A stretch of 64,000 nt of DNA from Candidatus Marinacidobacterales bacterium (GCA_965226495.1 OZ245365.1:3648001-3712000); one strand, 5' to 3'; positions 10,073 to 19,991 are shown, counted from the stretch's first letter. Made by a program: numbers and translations. Notes: generated by a model from the letters alone, not told the origin.

Positions 10073-10602
10073 AACGTTCACCCGCAGCCGCAGTATGGCT
10101 GTCTCTCTTGCCCGGCCTCGGCCACATTTTCGTGGGTCAGGCGCTCCCGAATGCGGCGGCTAGGAAGGCCTACGTCACCAAGGGATTTCTTTACGCCCTT
10201 ATGACCGTCGGCTTGATCTATCTGACCGACCAAGCCGATGGACCGATCGGGATCTTGATTCCAATCTTCTGGGTGTACGTCATGCTCGACGCACATCGCA
10301 GCGCCGTCGAGGCGAACCGCGTCATCGAAGCGGGAGGGCCGGATCCGCTCAGCGCGACAGACGGAACACCTTGGCTGGGATGGAGCGCCGTCGGCTTGGG
10401 CGCGTTGCTTCTTCTCAACAATCTCTTCGATTTCGATTTCGACTGGCTATGGAGGTTTTGGCCAGTGGCGCTGATTCTCGTCGGCGTGAAGCTCATCCGG
10501 AGTGGCTCGGGTCCTGAGAACGATCTAGCTTCCCCGCCGCCTCCCCCGAGCAGCCTCGGCGGGAACGAAGGAGAACGAGATGAGCGAGCCGACGACGAGT
10601 AG
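10069..10602 (+). CDS. Membrane protein with LiaI/LiaF-like (DUF5668-like) TM domain
   Basis: LSLLPGLGH, GALLLLNNL..WLWRFWPVALILVG. Confidence 0.7.
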   Translation: MKRSPAAAVWLSLLPGLGHIFVGQALPNAAARKAYVTKGFLYALMTVGLIYLTDQADGPIGILIPIFWVYVMLDAHRSAVEANRVIEAGGPDPLSATDGTPWLGWSAVGLGALLLLNNLFDFDFDWLWRFWPVALILVGVKLIRSGSGPENDLASPPPPPSSLGGNEGERDERADDE

Positions 10603-12199
10603 GAGCGGCTGCGCCCTCACGCTGGGCGTATTGCTTGTCGTCATAGGATCCATCCTACTCGCCGGGAACCTCTTTGGATTCTCACTTCTGAGGTTTTGGA
10701 CCCAGGCCCTGATCTGGTTTTCACTGTATTGGCCCGTCCTCTTAATCATCTGGGGCGCCACGAAGATCTACCAACGCCTGCGCCATCCCGAAACCGCCCG
10801 GGTGGGTCCAGGGGAAGTCGTTCTGTTGATTCTTATCGTCTGCGCCGGGGTTACTTTGGCTGCGGCCCGTTACGTGGCTGGCAACTTCGCGACGGAACTC
10901 TCGCTCGAGGACTTGCTCGAGATCGTCGAGCCCGAAATCTCCATGGGACCCGCGCATCGATTCAGCGAGGAGCACGTGTTCGCGCTACCGGACGGAGGAA
11001 GTCTCTCTGTCAAAAACGGCCGCGGAGAGATTACGGCCCGCGGTTGGGATGAGGTCGACCTGAAAGTCGTGGTGACGAAACGCGTCTACCGACACGCGGA
11101 AGACGAGGCTCGCCGTTTGGCCGAGAACGTCTCGGTTCGATTCGAGATCACGGATGAGAGCGTCGCCAGCCTCGAGATGGACCGGGAGCAAGGTGGCCGA
11201 GGTGCGGTCGAGACGGATCTGGAGCTCTGGGTCCCGCGAAAAACACCACTCACCTTGACCAATGGCCGGGGTGCGATACGAGTCTCTGACCTCCATGCCC
11301 GGCTCGGACTGTCTAGCTCCTACGACTCGATCGAGGTCGCGGACGTCGAAGGCCGTGTGACGGTAGACGGTAAGCACGGAGCGATCCGCGTCGATGGAGT
11401 CATCGGTGACGTCGAGGCGCGCAATCGCTTCGGCGACCTAACCGTCAAAGATGTCACCGGAGACCTACGCGGGGAAACCACCAGTGGGACCATCGCCGTC
11501 GAGCGGATTACCGGGACCGTCCGGCTAAGCAATCGCTCTTCTCATATCCGAGCGATCGAAATCGGCCAAAGCCTCACCGTCGAAGGTTCCCATACCGAAG
11601 TTGCCGTAGAACACGTGGGGGCCGACGTCGCCATCCAGACCAGCTACCGTCCGGTCTTCGTAAACGATGTCGAAGGACGCGTGACCGTCGAAGCACACAA
11701 CTCCGAGGTCGAGATCCGGCTGGTGCGTGGCGACGTCAGAGTGGAGAGTATTCACCGACCCGTCACCGTCGTGGGCGTCGGCGGCAGCGTGCGGGTCGAT
11801 GCACAACACGGCGAGGTCCGGCTCGACGACATCACGGGGCCGATCCAAGTCAAGAACTCCGACAACCCCGTCGAGATCGATGCCTTCGAATCGAGCTTGA
11901 GCGTCGAGTCTGCCCACGCTCCCTTGCGGATCGCAACCCACTTCCTCAATGGCGAGCTGACCCTTCTCACCTCCTACGGCGATGTTGATCTGGGCGTGCC
12001 GGCGGAGAGCTCGTTTCGCCTCCAAGCGAAGGTGAAGTCGGGAAATATCGACTCGGACTTCGCCGAATCCGATTGGACCCAGCGCGACGACGAAGACACG
12101 GCCGAGCTCGAGGGGTCGGTCGGAGGCGGTGCGTCACCAATCTCGATCCAAACCAGTTACGGCGACATCCACGTGCGCCGGCTTCACCGGCAGGACTAG
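10580..12199 (+). CDS. DUF4097 beta-strand-repeat protein with N-terminal LiaF-like TM region
   Basis: YWPVLLIIWG TM motif followed by many xxGxIxV repeats; ends TSYGDIHVRR. Confidence 0.8.
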   Translation: MSEPTTSRSGCALTLGVLLVVIGSILLAGNLFGFSLLRFWTQALIWFSLYWPVLLIIWGATKIYQRLRHPETARVGPGEVVLLILIVCAGVTLAAARYVAGNFATELSLEDLLEIVEPEISMGPAHRFSEEHVFALPDGGSLSVKNGRGEITARGWDEVDLKVVVTKRVYRHAEDEARRLAENVSVRFEITDESVASLEMDREQGGRGAVETDLELWVPRKTPLTLTNGRGAIRVSDLHARLGLSSSYDSIEVADVEGRVTVDGKHGAIRVDGVIGDVEARNRFGDLTVKDVTGDLRGETTSGTIAVERITGTVRLSNRSSHIRAIEIGQSLTVEGSHTEVAVEHVGADVAIQTSYRPVFVNDVEGRVTVEAHNSEVEIRLVRGDVRVESIHRPVTVVGVGGSVRVDAQHGEVRLDDITGPIQVKNSDNPVEIDAFESSLSVESAHAPLRIATHFLNGELTLLTSYGDVDLGVPAESSFRLQAKVKSGNIDSDFAESDWTQRDDEDTAELEGSVGGGASPISIQTSYGDIHVRRLHRQD

Positions 12200-12201
12200 T
12201 G

Positions 12202-13086
12202 ATGAAACTCGGGACAGGCACAATAGGCGCGGTCGTCGTGATGGCGCTCCTGCCTGGTTGCGTCCATCACGGGAGCGAGGAAAGCGCGACCGAGCGCTTT
12301 CGCTTCGATGTCTCCGAACGACCCCGGGTGGAGGTCGAGCTCGACCACGGCTCCATCGAAATCCTCGGCATCGATGATTCAACTGAGGTCTCGGTGATCG
12401 TCAAGAAGCTCGCTCGCGCCGTCAACGAAGAAGTAGCCCTATCTTCCCTCGAGCGGCTGTCGGTTCGAGCCGGGCAGGCCGGTGAGACGATCCGGATCAG
12501 GGTGAAACGTGAGGGCGGATGGCGAGAGACTCACGGGAGTCTGAGATCCGACGTCGAGATCTGCCTCCCACGAAGTTCGGACCTCAAACTCACGACCCAC
12601 GATGGGCGAATTGAGATCCACAACGTGAGGGGTGAAATAGAAGCCGAGTCCGGGGATGGTCACGTACGTCTTAATAGCGTTGAGGGTGTGGTGAGGGCGC
12701 GCACTGTTGACGGTTCTATCGTTGGAGAGAACGTGAGCGGCGACTTCGATGGCCGCACCGAGGATGGTCGCATCGAGTTGATGGGTTCCTTCGGGCGTCT
12801 CCGAGCGGTAAGCTCTGACGGATCGATCACGGTGGATTGTGTCGAGGCGGTTCCGCTCACCGGGAACTGGATGCTCAGGAGCTCGGACGGTTCCATCACG
12901 TTTGGTGTTCCAGCAGGCTTCTCCTCGGAGCTCGAGGCCTCCACGAGTGACGGACGCATAGAGAGTGATCTGGTGCTCGTCAATGCAAAGGTGACGTCTA
13001 ACCGTGTGAGAGGAACCCTGGGTGAAGGGGGGAAGCTAGTTCTCATCAAAACCAGTGACGGAAGAGTACATCTCCGCAGCCGCTGA
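12202..13086 (+). CDS. DUF4097 beta-strand-repeat lipoprotein
   Basis: Lipobox-like LLPGC after a hydrophobic signal; repeated (T/S)xDGxI units; start moved to ATG 12202. Confidence 0.78.
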   Translation: MKLGTGTIGAVVVMALLPGCVHHGSEESATERFRFDVSERPRVEVELDHGSIEILGIDDSTEVSVIVKKLARAVNEEVALSSLERLSVRAGQAGETIRIRVKREGGWRETHGSLRSDVEICLPRSSDLKLTTHDGRIEIHNVRGEIEAESGDGHVRLNSVEGVVRARTVDGSIVGENVSGDFDGRTEDGRIELMGSFGRLRAVSSDGSITVDCVEAVPLTGNWMLRSSDGSITFGVPAGFSSELEASTSDGRIESDLVLVNAKVTSNRVRGTLGEGGKLVLIKTSDGRVHLRSR

Positions 13087-13143
13087 GCCTCGGGTCTAAC
13101 CCTGTAAGGAAAGGACCTCTCCTCCGCGCCCCCCTCACGCCTC

Positions 13144-13172
13144 TTGACTCGACCACCCCGCTTTCCTAAAAT
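13144..13172 (+). promoter_or_regulatory. Sigma70-type promoter of purC
   Basis: TTGACT-N17-TAAAAT about 80 bp upstream of purC. Confidence 0.7.
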
Positions 13173-13252
13173 ACGGTCCTCTTTGGACGGCGAGAGGCGA
13201 GCAACGGCCTGACCCCGGACCTGACCGGAATCGAGAAGCAGCCTCAACCGTT

Positions 13253-14158
13253 ATGGATACTACTTTGAATGAGCCAGTTGTATTAGAAACCGCGTTGAGC
13301 GGCCTCCCTGTCCACCGTCGCGGCAAGGTGCGTGACGTGTACGAGGTCGAAGACTATTTACTGATCGTAGCGACCGATCGCATCTCCGCTTTCGACGTCG
13401 TCCTCCCGACCGGCATCCCGGACAAGGGAAAGGTGTTGAATCAACTCTCTCTTCACTGGTTTGCGAGGACGGAACACATTCAAGCGAACCACATGGTGAC
13501 CGCGGATGTCGACGAATACCCGCTCTCCCTCGGAGAGTGGCGGGACCGCCTCGAGAAACGCTCGATGCTGGTCAGGCGTGCCCAACCGATTCCCTTCGAG
13601 TGCGTTGTGCGAGGCTACCTGTATGGAGGCGGCTTGAAGGAATATCAACGTACCGGCGAGGTCTCGGGAATCGAACTACCGCCAGGCCTCAAGCAGGCCG
13701 AGAAGTTTCCCGAACCTCTCTTTACACCGTCCACCAAGGAAGAGTCGGGTCACGACGTCCCGGTGAGCCAAGACGTCTTGGTCAACGAGCTCGGTTCGGA
13801 GCTGGCCGAACGCCTGAAAAACGTTTCTCTGAAGCTCTATCAATACGGCCGTCAGGAAGCCGAAGAGAAGGGAATCATCATCGCAGACACGAAGTTCGAG
13901 TTTGGATTCGATGGCGACGAACTCATCGTGATCGACGAGCTGATGACCCCGGACTCATCGCGCTTTTGGCCGCGCGAAGGCTTCGCGCCCGACCGGGCGC
14001 AGCCAAGCTTCGACAAACAATTCGTCAGAGATTACCTGGGCACGCTCGACTGGGACAAGACACCTCCCGGGCCGGAGCTCCCCGACGCAGTCGTGGCGGG
14101 AACCCGCGAACGCTACTGGCAGGTGTTTCGGGCGCTCACCGAGCGAACGGCCCTTTGA
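13253..14158 (+). CDS. purC: SAICAR synthase
   Basis: GKVRDVY, ATDRISAFD, ECVVRGYL, IADTKFEFG, TPDSSRFW, SFDKQFVRD. Confidence 0.97.
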   Translation: MDTTLNEPVVLETALSGLPVHRRGKVRDVYEVEDYLLIVATDRISAFDVVLPTGIPDKGKVLNQLSLHWFARTEHIQANHMVTADVDEYPLSLGEWRDRLEKRSMLVRRAQPIPFECVVRGYLYGGGLKEYQRTGEVSGIELPPGLKQAEKFPEPLFTPSTKEESGHDVPVSQDVLVNELGSELAERLKNVSLKLYQYGRQEAEEKGIIIADTKFEFGFDGDELIVIDELMTPDSSRFWPREGFAPDRAQPSFDKQFVRDYLGTLDWDKTPPGPELPDAVVAGTRERYWQVFRALTERTAL

Positions 14159-14176
14159 GGCGCGTGGGCGAGACTG

Positions 14177-14386
14177 GTGCTCAAACACAAGTTGGAATCG
14201 CTGATAGACGAAATGATCGGCAAAGGAATCCGCTTCCGGGAGGCGAGACGCGAGTTCGAGAAACGATTCATCGCTCAAGTCTTGGAACGCGAAAACGGCA
14301 ACCGTTCTCGCTCCGCGAAGGTGCTTCGTATCCACCGAAACACCCTCAGCAAGAAAATCCTGGAGTACAAACTCAAATCCCGCTGA
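14177..14386 (+). CDS. Small Fis-type helix-turn-helix protein
   Basis: FEKRFIAQVL..GNRSRSAKVLRIHRNTLSKKI (HTH_8-like), 69 aa. Confidence 0.82.
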   Translation: MLKHKLESLIDEMIGKGIRFREARREFEKRFIAQVLERENGNRSRSAKVLRIHRNTLSKKILEYKLKSR

Positions 14387-14445
14387 GACCCCGAAGGGCC
14401 GAAGCCCATGCCGGCAACTTGACTCGGGACCCAACCTACCGTTTC

Positions 14446-14474
14446 TTGACACTACAAAAGCGAACGACTAACAT
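14446..14474 (+). promoter_or_regulatory. Sigma70-type promoter of groES
   Basis: TTGACA-N17-TAACAT. Confidence 0.7.
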
Positions 14475-14540
14475 GAGTCTCCGCAATTTCAAGGTAAACC
14501 AGTCAGCCGATGTGAAGGCGTTACACGGAGGAGTCGAAAG

Positions 14541-14831
14541 ATGAAAGTTAGGCCCTTGCACGACCGAATCCTCGTGAAAAGGATCGACGATCAAAAGGAA
14601 GTAAAGAAGGGCAATATCATTATTCCCGACAGCGCAAAGGAAAAACCTCAAGAAGGCAAGGTCGTTGCGGTGGGCAACGGCAAGGTTCTCGAGGACGGTG
14701 GCAAGCTAGACTTGGAAGTCAAAGCAGGCGATCGGATCCTTTTTGGAAAGTACGCTGGCACCGAGGTCAAGATCGAAGATCAAGACTATCTCATCATGCG
14801 CGAGGACGACATTCTGGCGATCCTCAAGTAG
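14541..14831 (+). CDS. groES: Co-chaperonin GroES
   Basis: [38 protein letters not shown]. Confidence 0.97.
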   Translation: MKVRPLHDRILVKRIDDQKEVKKGNIIIPDSAKEKPQEGKVVAVGNGKVLEDGGKLDLEVKAGDRILFGKYAGTEVKIEDQDYLIMREDDILAILK

Positions 14832-14979
14832 CAGGGCCAGACGCCGGGCGTCGAAATATCGAGGTGCCATGACACTAGCTCGCCAGACGTCGGTTCAAGG
14901 ACGCGCGCGATAGTCCAATCAAATTGGCCAGGCATCCCAGTCGCCCTAGCAAACGCCAGTAGCAATCAGCCGAAGCCTC

Positions 14980-15363
14980 ATGCCTGAAAGACGACACTCC
15001 AGGCGGTTCCAGCTAGGGACCCTAGTCGAGGTGCTGATCCAGTCCCAAGGTAGAAGGAAACGCGGTCGCCTCATCAATCTCAGCGAAGGAGGAGCGTTCC
15101 TGGCCATGCGCACCGATGTCCACGTCGGTGAAGAGCTAAAGATCACGATCAAATTTCCGAAAGAAGCCGGTGGTCGCCTACGAACGCGAGTGGTGGTGGT
15201 TTGGCGTAATACGAGGCTGGCACCAACGGTACGCACGCTACCGACCGGTTGCGGCGTGTTGTTCGAAGGGATCGAGATACACCAGCAGCTACAAGCGGCG
15301 TTCGAAGTGTTTAGAGAAAAGGGGCTGCTCGTGGAAGAAAAGCCGTCTGAGGGAATCGACTAA
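14980..15363 (+). CDS. Stand-alone PilZ domain protein
   Basis: RRHSRR (RxxxR) and NLSEGG (D/NxSxxG) c-di-GMP-binding motifs; GVLF near the C-terminus. Confidence 0.8.
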   Translation: MPERRHSRRFQLGTLVEVLIQSQGRRKRGRLINLSEGGAFLAMRTDVHVGEELKITIKFPKEAGGRLRTRVVVVWRNTRLAPTVRTLPTGCGVLFEGIEIHQQLQAAFEVFREKGLLVEEKPSEGID

Positions 15364-15404
15364 GAAGCTGGCTTCCTTCCTTTATTCCCTCTCCCCTTGG
15401 GAGA
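15359..15404 (+). repeat. REP-like family A copy (partial)
   Basis: ACTAAGAAGCTGGCTTCCTTCCTTTATTCCCTCTCCCCTTGGGAGA, similar to 19846, 26881 and 55777. Confidence 0.6.
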
Positions 15405-15523
15405 TTTGGGCGTCAAAAGATGGCGTACCCGTGATGGACGTCAAAACAAGGGAGTAGCTGTCCATCGAGGTAGCCAGACGCCGGTAAGGGGCCAGACCAA
15501 AGTCAATTGGCCGTTTTTCCTGG

Positions 15524-17743
15524 CTACCTCCGGCGCCCGCCACTCCCAGCGCGGCGCCCCGGCCCATTCCTATCCCGCGAACCGCCTCTTCCTTCACGGG
15601 CCTCCCCGGACCCTCTGGACTCCTGTAGCCGCTCGCCCGGTGGCGAACCATCGGGTGATTCGCCGGCCTGTTCTTTGAGAACGGCCTTGCGCGAAAGCTT
15701 CACTTTGCCTTGGGGATCGATGTTGATGACCTTGACCAGCACCTGGTCGCCTTCGGCCAGCTCCTTATGGATGTCCGCCACACGGTAGTCGGCAACCTCC
15801 GAGATATGAAGGAGCCCATCGGTGCCGGGTAGGATTTCCACGAACGCTCCAAAGTCGACGATTCTCTGAACCTTGCCGAGGTACGTCTTCCCCATCTCCG
15901 CGATTGCGGTGAGCTCTTCGATGATTTGCATCGCCTTTCGCGCCGATTCCTCATCAGAGGATGCGATAGCAACCGTACCATCGTCTTCGACGTCGATCTT
16001 CACCTGCGTCCTCTCCACGATGCTGCGGATCATTTTACCGCCGGGACCGATGACGTCCCGGATTTTCGCGGTCGGTATCCGCATCGTGAAGATCCGCGGT
16101 GCGTAGCGGGAAATGTCCTCGCGCGGTTTGGCAATCGTCTCCGCCATCTTCTCCAAGATGAAAAGCCGAGCCTGTCGCGCCTGCTCCAGAGCTTCTGCCA
16201 TGATGGCGGCCGTAATGCCGGAGACCTTGATATCCATCTGTAGCGCCGTGAGTCCGTTCGTCGTACCGGCGACCTTGAAATCCATATCGCCATAGTGATC
16301 CTCGGCCCCCGCGATGTCGGTCAAGATGGCGTAATCGTCTCCCTCCATGACCAAGCCCATCGCGATTCCCGCAACCGCGGATCGCACCGGAACCCCAGCG
16401 TCCATCAAAGCGAGGCACCCGCCGGTGACACTCGCCATGGAGGAGGATCCATTCGATTCCAAGATGTCGGACACGATTCGAATCGTGTAGGGGAAGTCCT
16501 CGGCGGAAGGAAGGACCGGCGACAACGCTCGCTCGGCGAGCGCGCCGTGGCCTATTTCGCGGCGCCCCGGCCCCCTCAAGAACTTGACCTCTCCTACTGA
16601 AAACGGAGGGAAGTTGTAGTGAAGCATGAACCGTTTTTGCGAAACGCCTTCCACTAAGTCGACCTTCTGAATATCGGAGGATGTACCCAGCGTCGCAGTC
16701 ACCAAGGCTTGCGTCTCACCCCGGGTAAACAAGGACGAGCCGTGGGTGCGAGGCAGCACGCCGACCTCGCTAGTGATGGTCCTGATCTCGTCAAAGCGAC
16801 GGCCGTCCAGCCGCTTCTTGTTCTGAAGGACTTCCGACCGTAGCAGCTTTTCCTGCAGATCCTTGAAGGCGCTCGCCGCCCCCTGTCGCTCTTCGGATTC
16901 TTCGGGGAACCCTTCGATCAGCCGCTCCTTCACTTCACCGACCTTCTTCTGACTCTCGAGTTTGCCCGAAAAGCACATCGCCTCTAGCAGAGGAGCGGCA
17001 GCGGCCTCCTCGACCTTGCGATAGAGCTCTTCGTTTCGGGTCGTGGGCTCGACCACGCGCTTGGTCGGTTGAATGGCGCGATAGAGCTCTTCCTGCATAT
17101 CGATCAGTTTCCGAATCTCATCGTGAGCGACACCAAGCGCCTCGATCATCTTCGCTTCCGGAACTTCGTCTGCGCCGGCCTCTACCATGACGATGGCTTC
17201 CCGGGAGCCAGCGACCGTCACATTCAACTTGGACGACGTCAGCTGCTCGATCTTCGGGTTGACGACCAATTCGCCATCCAGGAGACCGACGCGTACCGCA
17301 GCAATGGGGGTCGTGAACGGAATTTCGGAGCAGTACAGCGCCGCCGAAGCGCCCGTGATCGCCAGTGTGTCCGAGTCGTTCTCTGCGTCCGCCGACAAGA
17401 CCATCGCCACCACTTGGGTCTCGCAGTGCCAGCCCTCGGGAAACAGGGGGCGAATGGGCCGGTCAATGAGCCGGCAGGTCAGTATCTCTTTCTCGTTGGG
17501 GCGTCCCTCTCGCTTGAAGAAGCCGCCCGGGATCTTCCCTGCTGCCGAGAAACTCTCTCGGTAATCCACGGTCAGCGGCAGGAAATCAATTCCTTCTCTT
17601 CCTGTCTGCTGAGCGCAGGCAGTTACCAGGACTGCGGTATCTCCAAGCCGTACGAATGCGGCTCCGTCTGCTTGTTTGGCGACCTTCCCCATCTCAATGG
17701 AGTACGTCGCGCCCCCAAGCTCTATTTCTTTTCGATGAACCAT
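15524..17743 (-). CDS. pnp: Polyribonucleotide nucleotidyltransferase (PNPase)
   Basis: DFLPLTVDY, FTRGETQ, ESNGSSSMAS, GDMDFKVAGT, KH and S1 domains; ATG 17743 with GGAGG RBS. Confidence 0.98.
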   Translation of the reverse strand: MVHRKEIELGGATYSIEMGKVAKQADGAAFVRLGDTAVLVTACAQQTGREGIDFLPLTVDYRESFSAAGKIPGGFFKREGRPNEKEILTCRLIDRPIRPLFPEGWHCETQVVAMVLSADAENDSDTLAITGASAALYCSEIPFTTPIAAVRVGLLDGELVVNPKIEQLTSSKLNVTVAGSREAIVMVEAGADEVPEAKMIEALGVAHDEIRKLIDMQEELYRAIQPTKRVVEPTTRNEELYRKVEEAAAAPLLEAMCFSGKLESQKKVGEVKERLIEGFPEESEERQGAASAFKDLQEKLLRSEVLQNKKRLDGRRFDEIRTITSEVGVLPRTHGSSLFTRGETQALVTATLGTSSDIQKVDLVEGVSQKRFMLHYNFPPFSVGEVKFLRGPGRREIGHGALAERALSPVLPSAEDFPYTIRIVSDILESNGSSSMASVTGGCLALMDAGVPVRSAVAGIAMGLVMEGDDYAILTDIAGAEDHYGDMDFKVAGTTNGLTALQMDIKVSGITAAIMAEALEQARQARLFILEKMAETIAKPREDISRYAPRIFTMRIPTAKIRDVIGPGGKMIRSIVERTQVKIDVEDDGTVAIASSDEESARKAMQIIEELTAIAEMGKTYLGKVQRIVDFGAFVEILPGTDGLLHISEVADYRVADIHKELAEGDQVLVKVINIDPQGKVKLSRKAVLKEQAGESPDGSPPGERLQESRGSGEAREGRGGSRDRNGPGRRAGSGGRRR

Positions 17744-17998
17744 CTCTACCTCCAATAACCAACCGAAAGACCGGAGTCTACCGAGCCTTTCATTGTCCTA
17801 TGCAAAATATGTGTAGGAGAACGAACCGCGACCCTTGTCGGAGCGGCGTTTCCCGAATCTCTTGTGATGCCAATAGCCCAAAAATCAGGTGTTCAAAAAG
17901 ACAGAAGGGGATACGAATCTCAGCTCAACTGTTGCTGAAGGAGGGAGAGCTTGAAGGGGCCTGCGGCGAATTTCGACAATGGCGACAATCGGGGCCAG

Positions 17999-18016
17999 GT
18001 GCCCCCTCGGGGGCAC
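17999..18016 (-). terminator. GC-rich hairpin immediately after the rpsO stop (possible terminator or processing stem)
   Basis: Perfect inverted repeat GTGCCCCC-TC-GGGGGCAC; no U-tract. Confidence 0.4.
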
Positions 18017-18286
18017 TCACTTGCGAATTCCAAGCTGCTTGATGACTCCACGGTACCGCTGGACGTCTTTTCGCTTCAGGTAATCCAGGAGGCGGCGACG
18101 CTGACCAACTAACTTCAGCAGTCCTCGGCGAGAGTGATGATCCTTCTGGTGTACCTTGAAGTGATCCGTAAGGTAGCCGATCCGCCCGCTCAGGAGGGCG
18201 ATTTGAACCTCGGGTGAACCGGTGTCAGTCGAGTGCTGCCGGTACTCTCCGATAATATTGGTCTTCCCCTCTTGGGAGAGTGTCAA
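18017..18286 (-). CDS. rpsO: 30S ribosomal protein S15
   Basis: [32 protein letters not shown]. Confidence 0.98.
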   Translation of the reverse strand: MTLSQEGKTNIIGEYRQHSTDTGSPEVQIALLSGRIGYLTDHFKVHQKDHHSRRGLLKLVGQRRRLLDYLKRKDVQRYRGVIKQLGIRK

Positions 18287-18333
18287 ATGAGGTTCCTCCC
18301 CACTTCTTCCTTAACTTTCATCTATCGGCGGAA

Positions 18334-18362
18334 ATCATAGCACAGTGGATATACCCTGTAAA
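18334..18362 (-). promoter_or_regulatory. Sigma70-type promoter of rpsO
   Basis: Minus strand TTTACA-N17-TATGAT with extended -10 TG. Confidence 0.6.
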
Positions 18363-18395
18363 GAACGTCGAGACGGTAAAAAACGTCAAATTCGT

Positions 18396-19304
18396 CTAGC
18401 TCGGGGTCGCAAGGACAACCAGTGGCCGGAACTGGGACAATTCCTCCGCCGCGACTCCGACCGCGAGGAGCTCCCCTTGAGGGCCCAAGAGCCGGCAAGC
18501 CTGCCCTGCGGAAACGTCGGGAACTAGGCCCTCGACGTCGGATGGGGTTATTGCCCGGCCGTGACTCACGCGTGACGCCGCCTGGCTTCCCAATCGAAGC
18601 GCTGGAAGATTAGAAAGGGCTTCGGCTGGATCCAAAACCGCTCTTTCCATCTCCCCCTCTCGCGCCAGGGATTCCAGTTTGGGAAGCGTCCAAGCTTGCT
18701 CCACCCGAAAAGGGCCAACTCGCGTGCGCCGAAGCTCCACCAGATGTGCCCCCAAGCCCAAACGGTTCCCGAGATCATGCGCCAGAGAGCGGATATAGGT
18801 CCCGGCCCCGACCTCGGCCTCCAACGTGACCCGATCGCCTTCCATTGCTACGAGCCGGATAGCATGGATCACGACTTTGACCGGGCGAGCCGGCGCCGGT
18901 CGACCGGCCCTCGCCAATTGATACATCCTTTGGCCGTTGATCTTCTTCGCCGCAAAAGCTGGCGGCACTTGATCTTGGTCTCCGAGGAACTCGGTGAGTG
19001 TCGACTCCAAGACCCCGCGGTCCAAGCTTACGTCCACTGCGGGACCCAGCGGTTGTCCCGTAAGATCATAGGTGTCGGTGGCGAAACCGAACCGCAGCAC
19101 GGCAACGTACGTCTTCGCGGTGTCGGAAACAAAGCGGGCTAGTCGCGTGGCGCGCCCTAGGCACAGCGGCAGCAAACCCGTCGCGAAGGGATCGAGTGTT
19201 CCGGTGTGACCACAACGTCTTTGAGCGGCGAGGCGCCGGACCGACTGCACCACGTCATGGGACGTGGGCCCTTTAGGCTTGTCTACGAGAATGATGCCAT
19301 TCAT
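18396..19304 (-). CDS. truB: tRNA pseudouridine(55) synthase
   Basis: DKPKGPTSHDVV, GHTGTLDPFATG, GTYIRSLAHDLG. Confidence 0.96.
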   Translation of the reverse strand: MNGIILVDKPKGPTSHDVVQSVRRLAAQRRCGHTGTLDPFATGLLPLCLGRATRLARFVSDTAKTYVAVLRFGFATDTYDLTGQPLGPAVDVSLDRGVLESTLTEFLGDQDQVPPAFAAKKINGQRMYQLARAGRPAPARPVKVVIHAIRLVAMEGDRVTLEAEVGAGTYIRSLAHDLGNRLGLGAHLVELRRTRVGPFRVEQAWTLPKLESLAREGEMERAVLDPAEALSNLPALRLGSQAASRVSHGRAITPSDVEGLVPDVSAGQACRLLGPQGELLAVGVAAEELSQFRPLVVLATPS

Positions 19305-19807
19305 TTGGCGTCCTCGGATTCTTCTTCCGGGTTGTCAGGCCTATCAGGGTTGTCAGGGTTGTCAGGATTGTCAGCCTTAACAGGCTCATCAGGGAAATCG
19401 TCCGGTGTGTTCCCACGGGTTTCCTCGATGAGCTTCTCCAGTCGTATCCCGTACTCAACGGAGGGATCGAACGTGAAACGCAGCTCGGGCGAGACTCGGA
19501 GACCAAGTCGCTGCCCGAGAAGCCGACGCACAAAACCTGAAGCTCCGTCCAGAGCGGCCATCGCCCGCTTTTGCTCTTCCGGGGTCCCCAAGACGCTCAC
19601 GTATATCTTGGCCACTTTCAGATCTCCAGACACTTGCACTCGCGTGCAGGTTGCCAAACCGACGCGGGGGTCTTTGAGATCACGTTGCATGATCCCCGCG
19701 AACTCCATGCGGATCTGCTCGGCTACTCTCTCTGGTCGGATGCGGGCGCCACTTCTTGGCACGGCTGGTCTCCCACTAGTAGGCTGTACCAACGAAGTTG
19801 GTACCAC
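19301..19807 (-). CDS. rbfA: Ribosome-binding factor A with acidic repeat tail
   Basis: RVAEQIR..LKDPR, DLKVAKIYVS, LRVSPELRF; lies between infB and truB. Confidence 0.93.
   Translation of the reverse strand: MVPTSLVQPTSGRPAVPRSGARIRPERVAEQIRMEFAGIMQRDLKDPRVGLATCTRVQVSGDLKVAKIYVSVLGTPEEQKRAMAALDGASGFVRRLLGQRLGLRVSPELRFTFDPSVEYGIRLEKLIEETRGNTPDDFPDEPVKADNPDNPDNPDRPDNPEEESEDAK
19328..19372 (-). repeat. 9-bp tandem repeat (5 units) in the rbfA 3' end
   Basis: AGGGTTGTC-like units encoding DNPDNPDNPDRPDNP. Confidence 0.85.
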
Positions 19808-19845
19808 CTCTTTTACCTCTCCCCCGAAAGCGGGCGGTTGAGGAG

Positions 19846-19906
19846 GGTATTGAACGATGGCTTCCTCCAGTTACTCCCTCTCCCTCAGGGAGAGGACCGG
19901 GGTGAG
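19846..19906 (+). repeat. REP-like family A copy
   Basis: GGTATTGAACGATGGCTTCC..CCCTCTCCCTCAGGGAGAGG..GGGGTGAG, closely similar to 55777-55839; CCTCTCCC/GGGAGAGG hairpin. Confidence 0.8.
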
Positions 19907-19991
19907 CGTGGTTTTGGATAGGAGCGAAGAAGTCCAGTCTCGATTTCATTGTTACGGGTCCACTATTGCATCTTGGGCTACGATCGGCCGC

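Noticed and set aside
13173-13252. ZTP or PRPP riboswitch in the purC leader
   Set aside because: Short GGTCC/GGACC and AGGC/GCCT pairings exist, but the conserved nucleotides of either class are not visible.
14446-14472. CIRCE (HrcA operator) upstream of groES
   Set aside because: TTGACACTA..AACGACTAA only loosely resembles TTAGCACTC-N9-GAGTGCTAA; fully explained by the -35/-10 promoter.
13537-14544. Long alternative ORFs (e.g. 13537-14544, 34940-35854, 38191-39153, 50735-51550, 56020-57177)
   Set aside because: They overlap well-supported genes in other frames or strands and show no recognisable motifs, as expected for shadow ORFs in GC-rich DNA.
17756-17998. Small gene or ncRNA between rpsO and pnp
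   Set aside because: No credible ORF or RNA family signature; a long leader with short hairpins is ordinary for pnp.
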